DNA of 64,000 nucleotides from a virus (Duplodnaviria; Caudoviricetes): IMG/VR virus record IMGVR_UViG_3300037501_000255; one strand, 5' to 3'. Shown piece by piece: positions 63,544 to 64,000 of this stretch (position 1 is its first letter; each line of letters starts with the position of its first letter). The notes under the pieces were generated by a model. It saw only the letters and a program-made list of their open reading frames with translations, ran no database searches and was not told where the DNA came from. The position numbers and the translations under genes were made by a program.

Positions 63544-63987
63544 ATGAGTAATCTGATCAGACTATTAGCCGAAAGTGCCGCAGCCCTGGATAGGGCTGGG
63601 ATGTTTAAAGAGGCTGATTTGGTTGACGACATGCTGCGCAGCCTCGCTGCTGATGCGGCTGCTGCCCCAAAAACCGCCAGAGCTTTGCTGGCCGACATGA
63701 CTCGTCTGGTTGATACATTAAAAGCGGCAGACGTGGGGGCGAGCGTTGCCATTAAAGCCGTCAAAGATTTACTGGCACAGTTAGATGCAGCCGTTGTCGC
63801 TTCTTTTCAGACAAAGAAGGGTGACTCGCGTGTCCGTATTATGGCTAAGGATGCTTTGAATCGATTCCTTGCTATTGCAAATAGCAATAATGATGCGGCT
63901 AATGAAATGTTTCGGCCGATAGTAAAACCTATGGTCGATGCGTTGCAGATGATGCTTCGGCTACCAGATAACCTAATCTGGTCCTGA
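63544..63987 (+). CDS. ANxLD-motif hypothetical protein
   Basis: LLAESAAALDRAGMFKEADLVDDML after GGAGG RBS. Confidence 0.7.
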   Translation: MSNLIRLLAESAAALDRAGMFKEADLVDDMLRSLAADAAAAPKTARALLADMTRLVDTLKAADVGASVAIKAVKDLLAQLDAAVVASFQTKKGDSRVRIMAKDALNRFLAIANSNNDAANEMFRPIVKPMVDALQMMLRLPDNLIWS

Positions 63988-64000
63988 AGAGAGCCCGCCT

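Overview
64-kb segment best explained as the accessory and tRNA-array region of a jumbo phage. This is an inference: no structural genes lie in the window, but it has dense small ORFs almost all on the minus strand, 27 tRNA or tRNA-like genes, and stand-alone translation, tRNA-modification, RNA-repair, DNA-repair and chaperone genes with no bacterial operon context. Myxobacterial-style surface proteins and SspB suggest a Myxococcota or related host. Two RNA systems stand out. (1) Two tRNA-Leu genes are each interrupted between anticodon nt 34 and 35 by a 44-nt insert that is itself a miniature tRNA (7-nt acceptor strands, 9-nt linker, T-arm, NCCA). Exact removal restores UAG and CAA anticodon loops, and an ATP-dependent RNA ligase and RlaP are encoded in the same window. 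(2) A Ro60/TROVE gene is accompanied by eight dispersed Y-RNA-type modules with the animal Y RNA signature (GGUCCGA-N10-UUAUC plus a UUGACC bulged helix). Three are stand-alone and five are circularly permuted and grafted into the anticodon arm of tRNA scaffolds. The sequence has many single-base frameshifts and a few in-frame stops in conserved genes, most likely consensus errors, so single-nucleotide claims need read-level checks. All structures were derived by eye, and family names come from motif recognition, not database searches.
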